Virus genome (UHGV): UHGV-1365016
Strand: one strand, 5' to 3'
Source: a virus
DNA length: 46,873 nt
Below the pieces are notes generated by a model. It saw only the letters and a program-made list of their open reading frames with translations, searched no databases and was not told the origin of the DNA. The translations under genes were made by a program, and so were the position numbers. This document shows, piece after piece, positions 11,960-21,249 of the stretch. Within the stretch, counting starts at the first letter, position 1, and every line of letters starts with the position of its first letter.

Positions 11960-12607
11960 TCACCCTAAATTAATAAACTCTTTATGGTTAGCAACCATGA
12001 ATTCACGAATCGCCTTTTCTGCTGATTCTATGGTGTCAAATAAACCAAGATGAACCCTCTTCTTGTTTATTGATGTCTGCGCCCTCCATTTGTTGCATCT
12101 TTTATCGAAATGCACACCTTTTACACCAGATTTATTTGTTGATTTCTTTTTCATGTTGAACATGTTTTGTTGGTGACTAGAAATCCTAAGGTTGCAAATT
12201 CTATTGTCTGATTTATCACCATTTATATGGTCTATTTCATACCCATCAATATCTTCCCCATAAACATAAATCCATGCCAGCCTATGAGCTTTCCTTAGTT
12301 TTCCTAGTAGCGTGATGGTAATGTACCCTGCCTTATTCTTATGCCCAACAACCTTGCCTTTACGCCAGAGTGTTCCATGTGTTTTTGCAGCTGTAAAGAC
12401 GCCAGTCTCTGGGTTATATTCAAGATATTCCATTATCTGTTTTTGAGTTATGAATTGGGCTTTTCTTCTGTCTATGCTTGCGCAATCTGCACTTTCCTGA
12501 GCAACATTTTGCTTTTGCAGTTCCGATAAACTCATTTCCGCAAACCTCGCACTTCTTAACGGTGATAGCCATTTCTTACCCTCTATTGTAACGATTAATT
12601 GTTTCAT
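11960..12607 (-). CDS. HNH homing endonuclease (NUMOD4-like N-terminus, HNH core, AP2-like C-terminal DNA-binding domain)
   Basis: EIDHINGDKSDNRICNLRISSHQQN is an HNH motif. The C-terminal KGVHFDKRCNKWRAQTSINKKRVHLGLFDTIESAEKA is an AP2-type domain. It is paralogous to 40868..41368. The start is ambiguous: there are internal Met codons, and 20-bp duplicated start contexts. Confidence 0.75.
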   Translation of the reverse strand: MKQLIVTIEGKKWLSPLRSARFAEMSLSELQKQNVAQESADCASIDRRKAQFITQKQIMEYLEYNPETGVFTAAKTHGTLWRKGKVVGHKNKAGYITITLLGKLRKAHRLAWIYVYGEDIDGYEIDHINGDKSDNRICNLRISSHQQNMFNMKKKSTNKSGVKGVHFDKRCNKWRAQTSINKKRVHLGLFDTIESAEKAIREFMVANHKEFINLG

Positions 12608-12679
12608 TGCAAGTAACGATTGATTGTTTCATGTGGGTAAATTACAATGATTCTACATCATCGTCAACAGGAAGATTTT

Positions 12680-13633
12680 ATGAGATACGACTGGAAAGAC
12701 ATTGAGCCAAAAATGCTCGGCAACTGGCAGGCTGCCATCATGTCTATTGTCAATGTGGATAGCAGAGTTTTCAATGGCAAGCACCAGCCATGCCCGTCAT
12801 GCTCAGGCAAAGACAGGTATCGTTTTGACGATAACTTCGAAACAAAAGGCGACGGCGGAGCAATATGCAATCAGTGCGGTTCCGGCAGCGGCATGAACTG
12901 GCTGATGAAGCTATCTGGAATGAACTTCCCTGAAGCTCTTGAGGCTCTTGGTGGATTCCTGAATATGCATCCACGCGAAAAACTGGATGCGATCAGGAAG
13001 GAACTGCCGAAGATAAATCACAATGACGACTTCATCACCGAGCAGGAAGTCGCAGAAATCATGTCTAAAACGACGCGTGTCGCGATGAATGAGTGGACTT
13101 TGATAAATGGTATTGGTTGTGACGTTAATGTCGCCAGAGGTAAAACTGGAGAGCTTATTGCGGTTGAGATGATGCGTGCTGACACAATGAAGCCGTGCAA
13201 CGTGGCATTCATTGGCATGGATGGTGATGTGTTCAGAACATTCTACAAAGCAGGATACAACAAAGACTCAGCCATCAACGGCAAACTCACACGCGGCGCG
13301 ATAAGCCCAATTGGAGAAGATAACGGCAAGTTCATCTACCTGGTATCTGATTATGCCGATGCGTGGAAGTGCCATTACTTCACTGGCGCTCACGTCTGGT
13401 GCTGCTGGTCGCCGGAAAACATGTGGGAAGTGATGCGATCGGTTAGCGATGAGACGAAAGCACGGTTACGCTGCATAATTAATTATAAATTTGATGAACT
13501 GTGCGCAGCAGAAAATGCAGGACTCCCGGTGATGCTGCCAGACGACTCAGACACAATCAGAATGGCTAAGAGGATCAGAAGAAAGATTTATGACGCTGGC
13601 GAACTGATAGGAAAGATGTCGGTTAGCATATAA
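12680..13633 (+). CDS. DNA primase (zinc-ribbon primase N-terminal domain)
   Basis: CPSCSGKDRYRFDD...CNQCGSGSGMNWLMKLSGMNFPEALEAL resembles the zinc-binding domain of phage primases. Start set at ATG 12680, which has an AGGAAG RBS, rather than 12647, which would overlap a promoter-type motif. It is the only + strand gene inside the - strand replication operon. Confidence 0.5.
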   Translation: MRYDWKDIEPKMLGNWQAAIMSIVNVDSRVFNGKHQPCPSCSGKDRYRFDDNFETKGDGGAICNQCGSGSGMNWLMKLSGMNFPEALEALGGFLNMHPREKLDAIRKELPKINHNDDFITEQEVAEIMSKTTRVAMNEWTLINGIGCDVNVARGKTGELIAVEMMRADTMKPCNVAFIGMDGDVFRTFYKAGYNKDSAINGKLTRGAISPIGEDNGKFIYLVSDYADAWKCHYFTGAHVWCCWSPENMWEVMRSVSDETKARLRCIINYKFDELCAAENAGLPVMLPDDSDTIRMAKRIRRKIYDAGELIGKMSVSI

Positions 13634-13640
13634 AAAGAAA

Positions 13641-13662
13641 CCCTCCATATGGAGGGTTTTTG
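13641..13662. terminator. Bidirectional rho-independent terminator
   Basis: CCCTCC-ATAT-GGAGGG hairpin with A-run before and T-run after, located between the primase gene (+) and the 13677..14138 gene (-). Confidence 0.7.
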
Positions 13663-13676
13663 TTATTCATTTCACG

Positions 13677-14138
13677 CTAACAAAGTCCTAGCCTTTTCCT
13701 TTCTTCGTAAAGAGCATATTCTGGATTGCCAGTTTTCCTGTAGAGATTATCCTTCAACCTTAAAATCTCTTTTGTTGTTGCCGCCACGCCTGAGACAACA
13801 GTTTCTCCGAACAAGTCAGAATCACTCAATGACTCAAGTTTCACCATGTCGTTAAAGTATCCATCTTTTCTCGTCGCATGAAGAGCAATAAGATATGGTT
13901 TGCTTCTCTTATTCTTCACCCAATACACACGGTTAACGCCATCAAGATAGCCGCAACTCATTGAGCGCGCCACAAACTCTCGTGATAGGCCAAGTGCAAG
14001 CTCGCCAATATCGACGCCAATTTGTTCAGCCATTCTTTTGCACTGTGTATTGCCAATTACAAATCTCTCAAGCTGAACCCTTGTGAAAGTTGCATTTCCT
14101 TCGCAGAATTTAAATATTGATGTTTTCATATTTATCAC
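13677..14138 (-). CDS. Hypothetical protein
   Basis: 153 aa. Its start overlaps the upstream gene stop (ATGA). Confidence 0.35.
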   Translation of the reverse strand: MINMKTSIFKFCEGNATFTRVQLERFVIGNTQCKRMAEQIGVDIGELALGLSREFVARSMSCGYLDGVNRVYWVKNKRSKPYLIALHATRKDGYFNDMVKLESLSDSDLFGETVVSGVAATTKEILRLKDNLYRKTGNPEYALYEERKRLGLC

Positions 14139-15706
14139 CTAATAAGTTCAGGGTTTACATACACATTACTATCAACAACGCATACCATGTTCATGCTCTC
14201 AAGCTGTGGAAGTAATTGCTCCTTTATTTTTTTCGAAATCCCGCCCTGTGCCCTGAATGGTTTAACTTTCCTTGCTTTTTCAAGTACTCTTGACATGCTT
14301 ACGTAACCCTTAGATTGTCTTGCCAGCTCTATCGTTATTTCTGATAGCTTTTTCAGCTCAACTTCCTCACCAGCAGACCCTGATGATGTTGTTGCTGCAA
14401 CATATGATTCAATTAACTCACCAAAAATAGCGAGCGCCTCTTCTGCTGTCTCAGCAGAAATGACCTTTGCTTTCTCTTCTCGACCATCAGGTGAAAACCA
14501 ATTGCGTATTACGTGAAGTACTGATGCAATCCTTACAACCTGCTTATCCATCTTCCCGATCATGCCTCTTAGCATTGAATGCCCATAAAGACCGCCATCA
14601 GCCATGTGTGGCTCTGCCTGTTGCCTTGCTGAATAAATTGCCATTATCGCCTCCTGCTCAAGAGACAGAACAACCTTTTCTTCAGTCATAATGTTGTGAA
14701 TGAGTCTGTAATATTGAGACATCAACTCTTTATCAATTGGTGTATATGCTGGCGTTCCATCGTCATTTATGAACACGCGCTGACCAAGCATTGATTTTTC
14801 ACGAAGCAGGAGGAATCGCTCACTAACACCATTAGACCTTTCACCAACCTGCATGATTGAAAGCACGGTTTCATCCTGAGCTATAACATTTATGCAACCG
14901 TTTGCAACAAATGAAAGGTTGTTTGAACCGTTAGCTCGCGCTGAAGAAACGTATTCCATATCCCACGCCTTAAGAACTGTCTCGCAGCTTGCTGTGGAAT
15001 TGGCATTTGAGTAAGTAAGGCCAAGCAATGTATTAACAGCGGTAGCCTCAGCAGAAATAACGGCAAATGACCCCTGAAGAGCGTTAAGCCTGCTCAATCC
15101 TTCAGGTGTTGAGTCTGTCACCGGGAAAACAATATCACCCAGTTTTTCAATCTCGTTTTCCAGTTTTTCCTTATCTTCGTACATGATAGCCAGTGCGGTT
15201 TTGTTTTGTTCTGATTTTATCTCCCTCTCAATCTCGCGCAGCTTGGCTAATTTTCTTTTTCTCTCCTTTCTTCTCACCTCATTAATTCTCTCATTCTCAC
15301 AAACAAGAGGTGCTGTAGAATATTGGTTTACGGAACTCTTACCTGTTGATGGTGGCTGGCTAATGACAACATACAGTGATGTTGGTTGTTCGCTACCGTG
15401 ATAGTTAACAAAAAATCTACCAAGCATGGCTGCTGAAACGCTGCCTAAAAAATTAAGATATACAGAAGAAGCAGGAAATTGTATTGATTTTGCAATATTT
15501 CTCGATAGCTTACCTACAACATCAATATCATTACCAATGCATACGTTTGTATAGCCAGCATCATTATCATCAAAGTCCTTTGGTGAGTGCCAGTATTGCC
15601 GTGACGCTCCATATCCATTTGCTTCTATTGCAACACTCAGAACGGAACGCTTGCTTTTTGCTGCCATCTCAACAATATCTTCTGGCATTAGCTTTTTCTC
15701 AAACAC
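14135..15706 (-). CDS. P-loop NTPase, DUF3987/D5-like putative replicative helicase or primase-associated protein
   Basis: 523 aa. It has a Walker A-like VVISQPPSTGKSS and a charged coiled segment. It sits in the replication operon next to the primase gene. Confidence 0.4.
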   Translation of the reverse strand: MFEKKLMPEDIVEMAAKSKRSVLSVAIEANGYGASRQYWHSPKDFDDNDAGYTNVCIGNDIDVVGKLSRNIAKSIQFPASSVYLNFLGSVSAAMLGRFFVNYHGSEQPTSLYVVISQPPSTGKSSVNQYSTAPLVCENERINEVRRKERKRKLAKLREIEREIKSEQNKTALAIMYEDKEKLENEIEKLGDIVFPVTDSTPEGLSRLNALQGSFAVISAEATAVNTLLGLTYSNANSTASCETVLKAWDMEYVSSARANGSNNLSFVANGCINVIAQDETVLSIMQVGERSNGVSERFLLLREKSMLGQRVFINDDGTPAYTPIDKELMSQYYRLIHNIMTEEKVVLSLEQEAIMAIYSARQQAEPHMADGGLYGHSMLRGMIGKMDKQVVRIASVLHVIRNWFSPDGREEKAKVISAETAEEALAIFGELIESYVAATTSSGSAGEEVELKKLSEITIELARQSKGYVSMSRVLEKARKVKPFRAQGGISKKIKEQLLPQLESMNMVCVVDSNVYVNPELIR

Positions 15707-15716
15707 AGAGCACTCC

Positions 15717-15938
15717 TTATTTGATGCGGGTAATTTTCAATTCGTCTTCGCGCAGGCGAGTAACAAACATTAGCGAGTGATCGTTTGCTGCTTTGTTCAG
15801 TGCAGCTCTGACACCTGCAACAGTCATGCTCCTTTCTGATATTTCACCTAACGCAATAACACATTCACCACCAACATCTACGAAGCGAACTTTATCCCAT
15901 ACAAATTTCATACTTGAGCCTGCACGGTAGTCTTTCAT
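15717..15938 (-). CDS. Hypothetical protein, first gene of the leftward early operon
   Basis: 73-aa ORF directly downstream of the divergent control region. Confidence 0.35.
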   Translation of the reverse strand: MKDYRAGSSMKFVWDKVRFVDVGGECVIALGEISERSMTVAGVRAALNKAANDHSLMFVTRLREDELKITRIK

Positions 15939-16129
15939 GTCAAATCCTCATTCTGGAATATGTATATTACTATATAGAAAACGATTGGGCACTTCAATAC
16001 CGCTGCGCTTAAATCACAAAGGTAATTGATAGCACGAATTGCTAAATATGACGCTTCCTGTTTATGAGTTTCGTGGTATATTTCATTAATCAACACGTAA
16101 GTGATTGACCGCAAAGAGAAAAACAACAA

Positions 16130-16560
16130 ATCCCGCCCAAAAGCCCTGAAAAATAGGGCGAAAAATTCCAGATAAAAATCAATAAGTTACAAAACATTCG
16201 CCCATTCATGCCCAAAAAAAGGGCGAAACATTTCATATTAAATTCAGCAACTTAACTAATTTCCGCCCATTTTTGGTGGGTGGGTGTATGTATACATCGT
16301 ATAAGAGAGAAAAATAGTAGATATGAAATGAATGCATATATGGGGTGTGGGCAAGGTGGGCAAAAGGTATGGTATGAGCGAAAACGAACATAGTTAGTTA
16401 GTATGATAGATAGACATAAGTAAGTATAAATAACTAACAATATTAATAACTTACATGTATATAATACTTATTATTACTTATTATCTATAAGAGAAAACAG
16501 ATCAAAAAATGATCAAAATTTTCGCCCACAACTTAGGGCGAACATAGGGCGACGGTGGGC
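16130..16560. repeat. Iteron cluster flanking a roughly 130-bp extremely AT-rich stretch: candidate replication origin and divergent early control region
   Basis: At least seven copies of (T/A)NGGGCGAA, in both orientations, lie at 16132, 16156, 16197, 16221, 16263, 16521, 16536 and 16547. Three copies of GTGGGCAAGG lie at about 16347, 16356 and 16554. The AT-rich core spans 16381..16500. Confidence 0.5.
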
Positions 16561-16605
16561 AAGGTTGGTCGTAACGGCAAATCACTGCGACAACTGAAAA
16601 TTGTG

Positions 16606-16634
16606 TTGACGTAGAATCACAGCTGATGTAGATT
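16606..16634 (+). promoter_or_regulatory. Sigma70-type early promoter TTGACG-N17-TAGATT built from two tandem copies of the TTGAYGTAGAT element
   Basis: TTGACG at 16606..16611, a 17-bp spacer, and TAGATT at 16629..16634. The first rightward gene starts at 16665. Confidence 0.55.
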
Positions 16635-16664
16635 GAACTCATCGAAACAAACGATGGTGAAGAG

Positions 16665-16810
16665 ATGAAAATCAAAGACCGTGAAGAATTTGAAGATGCA
16701 CAGGCTATGGCGCGCATTGCAGTTAATCGTCAGAACAACAGCATTCCTGCAGATGCATTCTGGAACGCAGCAATGCAGGCTTTAATCTCAGCGTATGGGT
16801 TAAGCAAATG
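16665..16810 (+). CDS. Hypothetical small early protein (48 aa)
   Basis: ATG preceded by a GGTGAAGAG RBS. First ORF after the promoter. Not in the supplied ORF track because it is under 60 aa. Confidence 0.3.
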
Positions 16811-16992
16811 ACAGCAGCATCTTTCTAACTCATCGCCAGTCTGGTTATCGTGGCATTCATCATTATCGCAGTGGCAGTTTCTAAATCAGGGCATAAGGAG
16901 TAACAAAAATGAGCAACTGGCATAACGAGCACATCATGCAGTGGTATCGTCGCCGCATTAAGGAAATCATCAATTCATACGAGGCGTAACAA

Positions 16993-17175
16993 ATGGCAAA
17001 GACTATCTATCGACGCGAGAAGCTGGAACAAGAACTCGGACACGTTGGCGCGCAAAACTTCATGAGCAAGCAGGCACGTCATGCAATGGAATCTGTGCGC
17101 GTAAATCGCGTTTTGCGCGTGTTTAATGGTGAAGGTAAGCGCAGAGTAATGGATGAGCTAATTATCGTATTCTGA
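16993..17175 (+). CDS. Hypothetical early protein
   Basis: 60-aa ORF co-oriented within the early cluster. Confidence 0.3.
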   Translation: MAKTIYRREKLEQELGHVGAQNFMSKQARHAMESVRVNRVLRVFNGEGKRRVMDELIIVF

Positions 17176-17211
17176 CAACGATTCAGCTCTCTTATTTTTA
17201 ATGGTGATGAT

Positions 17212-17445
17212 ATGGCAAAAGTAAAAACATATGAGTTCTGGTTTGTGCAGAACAAAATGTATGCAATCAGGACAATCAAGCGAGTACGCTGGTGGAATAA
17301 GTGGTTAATCCTGTCCGGATGCATTGTGCTGGCAAAGTGCAAATTCAAAGCGGTTGACATCACTGATGAGGATGCGATGAAAATCGCAAAGATTGGGTTT
17401 GAAGAAGATGGCTATTACGAAGAAATTATGGGGGTCAGGGTATGA
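17212..17445 (+). CDS. Hypothetical early protein
   Basis: 77 aa. Its stop overlaps the next start (ATGA). Confidence 0.35.
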   Translation: MAKVKTYEFWFVQNKMYAIRTIKRVRWWNKWLILSGCIVLAKCKFKAVDITDEDAMKIAKIGFEEDGYYEEIMGVRV

Positions 17446-18047
17446 GCAAAATTGACTATCAGGCGCTGAGTGAGGTGGCAGAAAAGGCAACACCAGACGA
17501 ATGGGTCGCATTTATTTCGACGAATACTGGTACTTATGCAGTGCACACGCCAGGTGATGAACGATGCGAAGACGTTATCAAATGGACCGGCTTTGATGGA
17601 CAGAAAAATGCAGGGAACAACGCTCGTCATGTTGCCGCGTTCAATCCAAAGGTTGCACTGGAGCTGCTTGGTGAAATTAAGTGCTTGGAGGACACAAATA
17701 TTGATGCCACGTGCCGAATTTCAGAGCTTGAGACTAATCTCGCGGCACTGGCAGCGGAGAATGCGAGACTGAAGTCTGGCGCTATGGACGAAATCAAGGT
17801 TATCAACCGTGGAGGGCAGGCATATTGTGTAAAAGATGGCGTGCAAGTTAATCCCATGTATGCAAGAGGGTGGAATGACTATCGCGCAAAGTCTCTGCAA
17901 TCAGACACTACAGCCACCGATGCTTTTCTGGCTGAAGTACGGGCGCAGGGCGTGGAGATGTTTGCTGACCATCTGTTGTGCCCAGACCTTGATGACACTA
18001 TCCGTGACTTTGCTGCCCAGCTTCGCAAAGGAGGTGAGCAAAAATGA
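17442..18047 (+). CDS. Ead/Ea22-like protein
   Basis: The central NARHVAAFNPKVALELLGEI and C-terminal coiled region resemble the Ead/Ea22 family found in lambdoid and T1-like early regions. Confidence 0.45.
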   Translation: MSKIDYQALSEVAEKATPDEWVAFISTNTGTYAVHTPGDERCEDVIKWTGFDGQKNAGNNARHVAAFNPKVALELLGEIKCLEDTNIDATCRISELETNLAALAAENARLKSGAMDEIKVINRGGQAYCVKDGVQVNPMYARGWNDYRAKSLQSDTTATDAFLAEVRAQGVEMFADHLLCPDLDDTIRDFAAQLRKGGEQK

Positions 18048-18391
18048 CAATCACAAAACAACGAGTAGAAGAAATCATATCGCGCATTGAAATGTATGGG
18101 CATGGTGCAGGGTATACCGCCGAAGAGGTTTATGACCTTGCTGTATTGGCTCTGAGTTTATCAAATATCGCAAAACTGAAGCGATACGAGCTTGATACTG
18201 GTGGTTGCGACCCATTCAGTCCGAACTGCTGTGCTGACATGACTGAAGACCCTGAAGGCGAATTTGTCATGTTCGACGATGTTATCAGGATTGTTCAGTT
18301 TGACAACACCGCTCAGCAATTCGAAAGTCTCAGCAATCACAATCACCACTTCATCAATGGCACTTGCGTAGAGTGCCTGAAAAGTGAATAG
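18044..18391 (+). CDS. Hypothetical protein
   Basis: 115 aa, overlapping the previous stop. Confidence 0.35.
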   Translation: MTITKQRVEEIISRIEMYGHGAGYTAEEVYDLAVLALSLSNIAKLKRYELDTGGCDPFSPNCCADMTEDPEGEFVMFDDVIRIVQFDNTAQQFESLSNHNHHFINGTCVECLKSE

Positions 18392-18720
18392 CTACCCGTT
18401 CATATTAATTATCAGTGCGCTCTATGTGGCGCACGCTTTAGTGGAGGCATATCAATGAACAATCACCAACGACGCCGATACACCGCTGGCGCTAAAATCT
18501 TTCTTGCTGTTTATGTGCTGGCATTGATGGCGGCTATTGCAGGAGTTTTGCATTATGTTTAACGACATTAGCGACGCAATGCAAAACATGTGGGAACGTC
18601 ACTGGAACAGCATGAAGACGTGTCACTACATGATGGTACAGATAGGTAATTACATTGAGGTTGTTCCAGATAACGGCGTGCACGACATTAAGTGCATGTG
18701 CTCAACGAGGGCTTTCGAAA

Positions 18721-18894
18721 ATGCGAACCACTAAACAGAAAGTCTGGCAGCTCGCCAAACAGCACGAGCTGGATGATTTTATCGCGAAGGTAGCAAAGAC
18801 ATTCCCTGATGCGCTTGAAATCGTTCATGTGCAGACGCAAACAGAAAATGCATGGTGCTATGCTGGCAAGCGTGATAATCATGGTGTACAATAA
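18721..18894 (+). CDS. Hypothetical protein
   Basis: Start chosen at the internal ATG 18721 (MRTTKQKVWQLAKQHELDDF). The upstream part of the tracked ORF is in conflict with the 18537..18734 ORF. Confidence 0.3.
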   Translation: MRTTKQKVWQLAKQHELDDFIAKVAKTFPDALEIVHVQTQTENAWCYAGKRDNHGVQ

Positions 18895-18941
18895 ACGCAT
18901 AACCACCATCGCTTTCACTCATATCATCACCCAACCTTTAA

Positions 18942-18967
18942 CCCGCCTTGTGCGGGTTCTTTTTTAT
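18942..18967 (+). terminator. Rho-independent terminator ending the rightward early cluster
   Basis: CCCGC-CTTGT-GCGGG followed by TTCTTTTTT. Confidence 0.7.
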
Positions 18968-19012
18968 CTGTGTTAAACTAACGATATCGAAATACGAAAA
19001 GACGAAAACAGA

Positions 19013-19459
19013 ATGGCTAATCCAAACCCTGTAATGAAATTTTCCTCTGAGTACCAGCCAGCTGGCAGAGGATTAAGCTACAGAAACAGGCTAATTGAAG
19101 CATTAAAGCGTTGCGGGCTTGGTGAGGAGGAGTTCCTTGACGCATTCATCAGAACGTCAATCAAGATGACTGAGGAAAACCCGACTCAGGGCGTACAGAT
19201 GCTGAAGGAAATATTCCTGCGCATCAGCCCCGTACAAAAAAGCATGGCGCCTCCTGTTAATTTTAAATACCGCAAAGATGCCACGCCAGTAGAGCAGATA
19301 GAGGATGTCATTCAATCTGTTTCCAGTGGGGAGCTTCCAATAGATGTGGCGTCTCAGGTTGTATCAATGATTAAGGTTGGCCTTGACGTGAAAGAATTAA
19401 CCGAACTCGCCGCACGCCTTGAGCGACTGGAGAAACTGCTGGAGCAACAGAATGGATAA
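19013..19459 (+). CDS. Terminase small subunit
   Basis: 148 aa, directly upstream of the large terminase gene, with a helix-rich N-terminus and C-terminal coiled coil (LERLEKLLEQQ). Confidence 0.5.
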   Translation: MANPNPVMKFSSEYQPAGRGLSYRNRLIEALKRCGLGEEEFLDAFIRTSIKMTEENPTQGVQMLKEIFLRISPVQKSMAPPVNFKYRKDATPVEQIEDVIQSVSSGELPIDVASQVVSMIKVGLDVKELTELAARLERLEKLLEQQNG

Positions 19460-19578
19460 GAGCATTATGGCTTGCTTTTTAGCATCAATTATTATGAGCT
19501 TAACAAGCATAACCCTACCAAATAATGATTTTACTGGAAACATCTTTGGCTTGATGTTCTGGTGCACTGGTTGGGTTA

Positions 19579-21024
19579 TTGCATGGGGTTGCACTAGATA
19601 TGGCTCGTAAACGCCTATCCGCTCTGGCAATTGAAAAGCTGGAAGCGCAGATTGATGATGCAATGACAGATGTTGCAGAGTCCGCCATTTTTGGTATCTG
19701 TGATATGCAGAAGAACGTCATTAAGCGGTTAAGGATGACAGCCACTGGCGTTGATGATGTGACTAATGCAACCACTCATGCTGACCACCTGATTCCGGCA
19801 AAGCTGGAGCGCCTGCTTTATCCCAAGCGGTTTAAGTTTGTCTATGGTGGCCGTGGGTCAGGGAAGACGAGAACGATTATCACTATCCTTACTGAGAGAG
19901 CAAGATTCCGGCCTGACCGTTTCGCCTGCTTTCGTGAGATTCAGCAATCAATTGAAGACTCAAGCTATCAGGAGCTTGTTGATGAGATAGCCCGCAAAGG
20001 CGAGTCAGCCGAGTTTCGAGTTATCAACAACGAGATAACGCACAAGAAGACCAAAGCGAAGTTTCGTTTCAAAGGGCTGTATCGCAATCAGACAACCGTT
20101 AAGGGTTTTGCTGGCATTACCGTTGGCTGGGTAGAGGAAGCTGAGAACGTCAGCCAGACAAGCTGGGATATTCTTGTGCCTACCATCCGTGCTGCCAATT
20201 CCGAATTGTGGTGCTCATTCAACCCCAACAAGGAGACTGACCCCACATGGAAAAATTGGATTGCTCCTTACCGCTCACAAATGGTCGATGGCATATTCGA
20301 AAATGACGAAATCCTGATTGTCGAATGTAACTATTCCGACAACCCGTGGTTCTGGGATACGCCACTGCCATCCGCTATGGAGCAAATGAAGCGCGTCGAC
20401 TTTGACCGCTATATGTGGATATGGGAAGGGAAATTTAACAAGCGCAGCGACGAGCAAGTTTTCGGCGGAAAATGGCGCATTGATAACTTTGAGGTCCAAC
20501 CAGAATGGCATGGCCCATATTTCGGGATGGACTTCGGATTCAGTACCGACCCCACCGCAATGGTTGAGGTGTACATCGAAGAATTACCAGGTGGACGGCG
20601 CAACATTTATATTAATCGCGAGTATGGCAAGGTTGGACTTGAGATTACCGATACGCCAGCCGCGATGGAGCAATCATTCCCTATGGCTAAGCGTGCGCGA
20701 TGGTATGCCGACTGCGCGCGACCAGAAACCATCAGTCACATCAAGCGTTCTGGATTTGACATTCACCCATGCACGAAATGGCCCGGTAGCGTTGAGGATG
20801 GCGTTACTTGGCTGCGTGGTTGTGACAGCATTGTCATCCACGAACGATGCAAGGAAATGCAGAATGAAGCGGCAATGTACAGCTACAAGGTTGATAAACT
20901 GACAGGGAATGTGCTGACTGATATTGTCGATGCATTTAACCACTTCTGGGATGCTGTTCGTTACGCGCTCAATGACCACATCGTCCAGCGCGGCAGCGGA
21001 ATGCTAATCCGGCGCAGGCGATAA
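19579..21024 (+). CDS. Terminase large subunit (ATPase plus nuclease)
   Basis: Walker A FVYGGRGSGKT, with Walker B and a C-terminal RNaseH-like nuclease region (DFGFSTDPTAMVEV). 481 aa. Confidence 0.85.
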   Translation: MHGVALDMARKRLSALAIEKLEAQIDDAMTDVAESAIFGICDMQKNVIKRLRMTATGVDDVTNATTHADHLIPAKLERLLYPKRFKFVYGGRGSGKTRTIITILTERARFRPDRFACFREIQQSIEDSSYQELVDEIARKGESAEFRVINNEITHKKTKAKFRFKGLYRNQTTVKGFAGITVGWVEEAENVSQTSWDILVPTIRAANSELWCSFNPNKETDPTWKNWIAPYRSQMVDGIFENDEILIVECNYSDNPWFWDTPLPSAMEQMKRVDFDRYMWIWEGKFNKRSDEQVFGGKWRIDNFEVQPEWHGPYFGMDFGFSTDPTAMVEVYIEELPGGRRNIYINREYGKVGLEITDTPAAMEQSFPMAKRARWYADCARPETISHIKRSGFDIHPCTKWPGSVEDGVTWLRGCDSIVIHERCKEMQNEAAMYSYKVDKLTGNVLTDIVDAFNHFWDAVRYALNDHIVQRGSGMLIRRRR

Positions 21025-21031
21025 AAATAAA

Positions 21032-21047
21032 GCCCTCAATTGAGGGC
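21032..21047. terminator. Hairpin terminator, mainly for the - strand transcript, located between terminase and the 21048 gene
   Basis: GCCCTC-AATT-GAGGGC with an A-rich left flank, which is a U-run on the - strand. Confidence 0.5.
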
Positions 21048-21245
21048 TTAAAGCTCATCTCTCAATCTTGATAGATCACTCACAGCTGCGTACATGTTTG
21101 ATTTAATGCGTTCAGACTTCTCATCTCTGCATCTGTCTTTTATTATCGAAATGGCAATATTGAAAGCCTCAATCTTTGCCTCCCTTATCGCTTGATTCCT
21201 TGGTTTCACTTTCGCCTTCGGTATTTCACGAAGGCATCTCGGCAT
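21048..21245 (-). CDS. Hypothetical protein (65 aa)
   Basis: The MPRCLREIPKAKVK... reading starts at an ATG right after the stop of the upstream small gene. The tracked 117-aa TTG-start ORF probably fuses two genes. Confidence 0.3.
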   Translation of the reverse strand: MPRCLREIPKAKVKPRNQAIREAKIEAFNIAISIIKDRCRDEKSERIKSNMYAAVSDLSRLRDEL

Positions 21246-21249
21246 GTAA

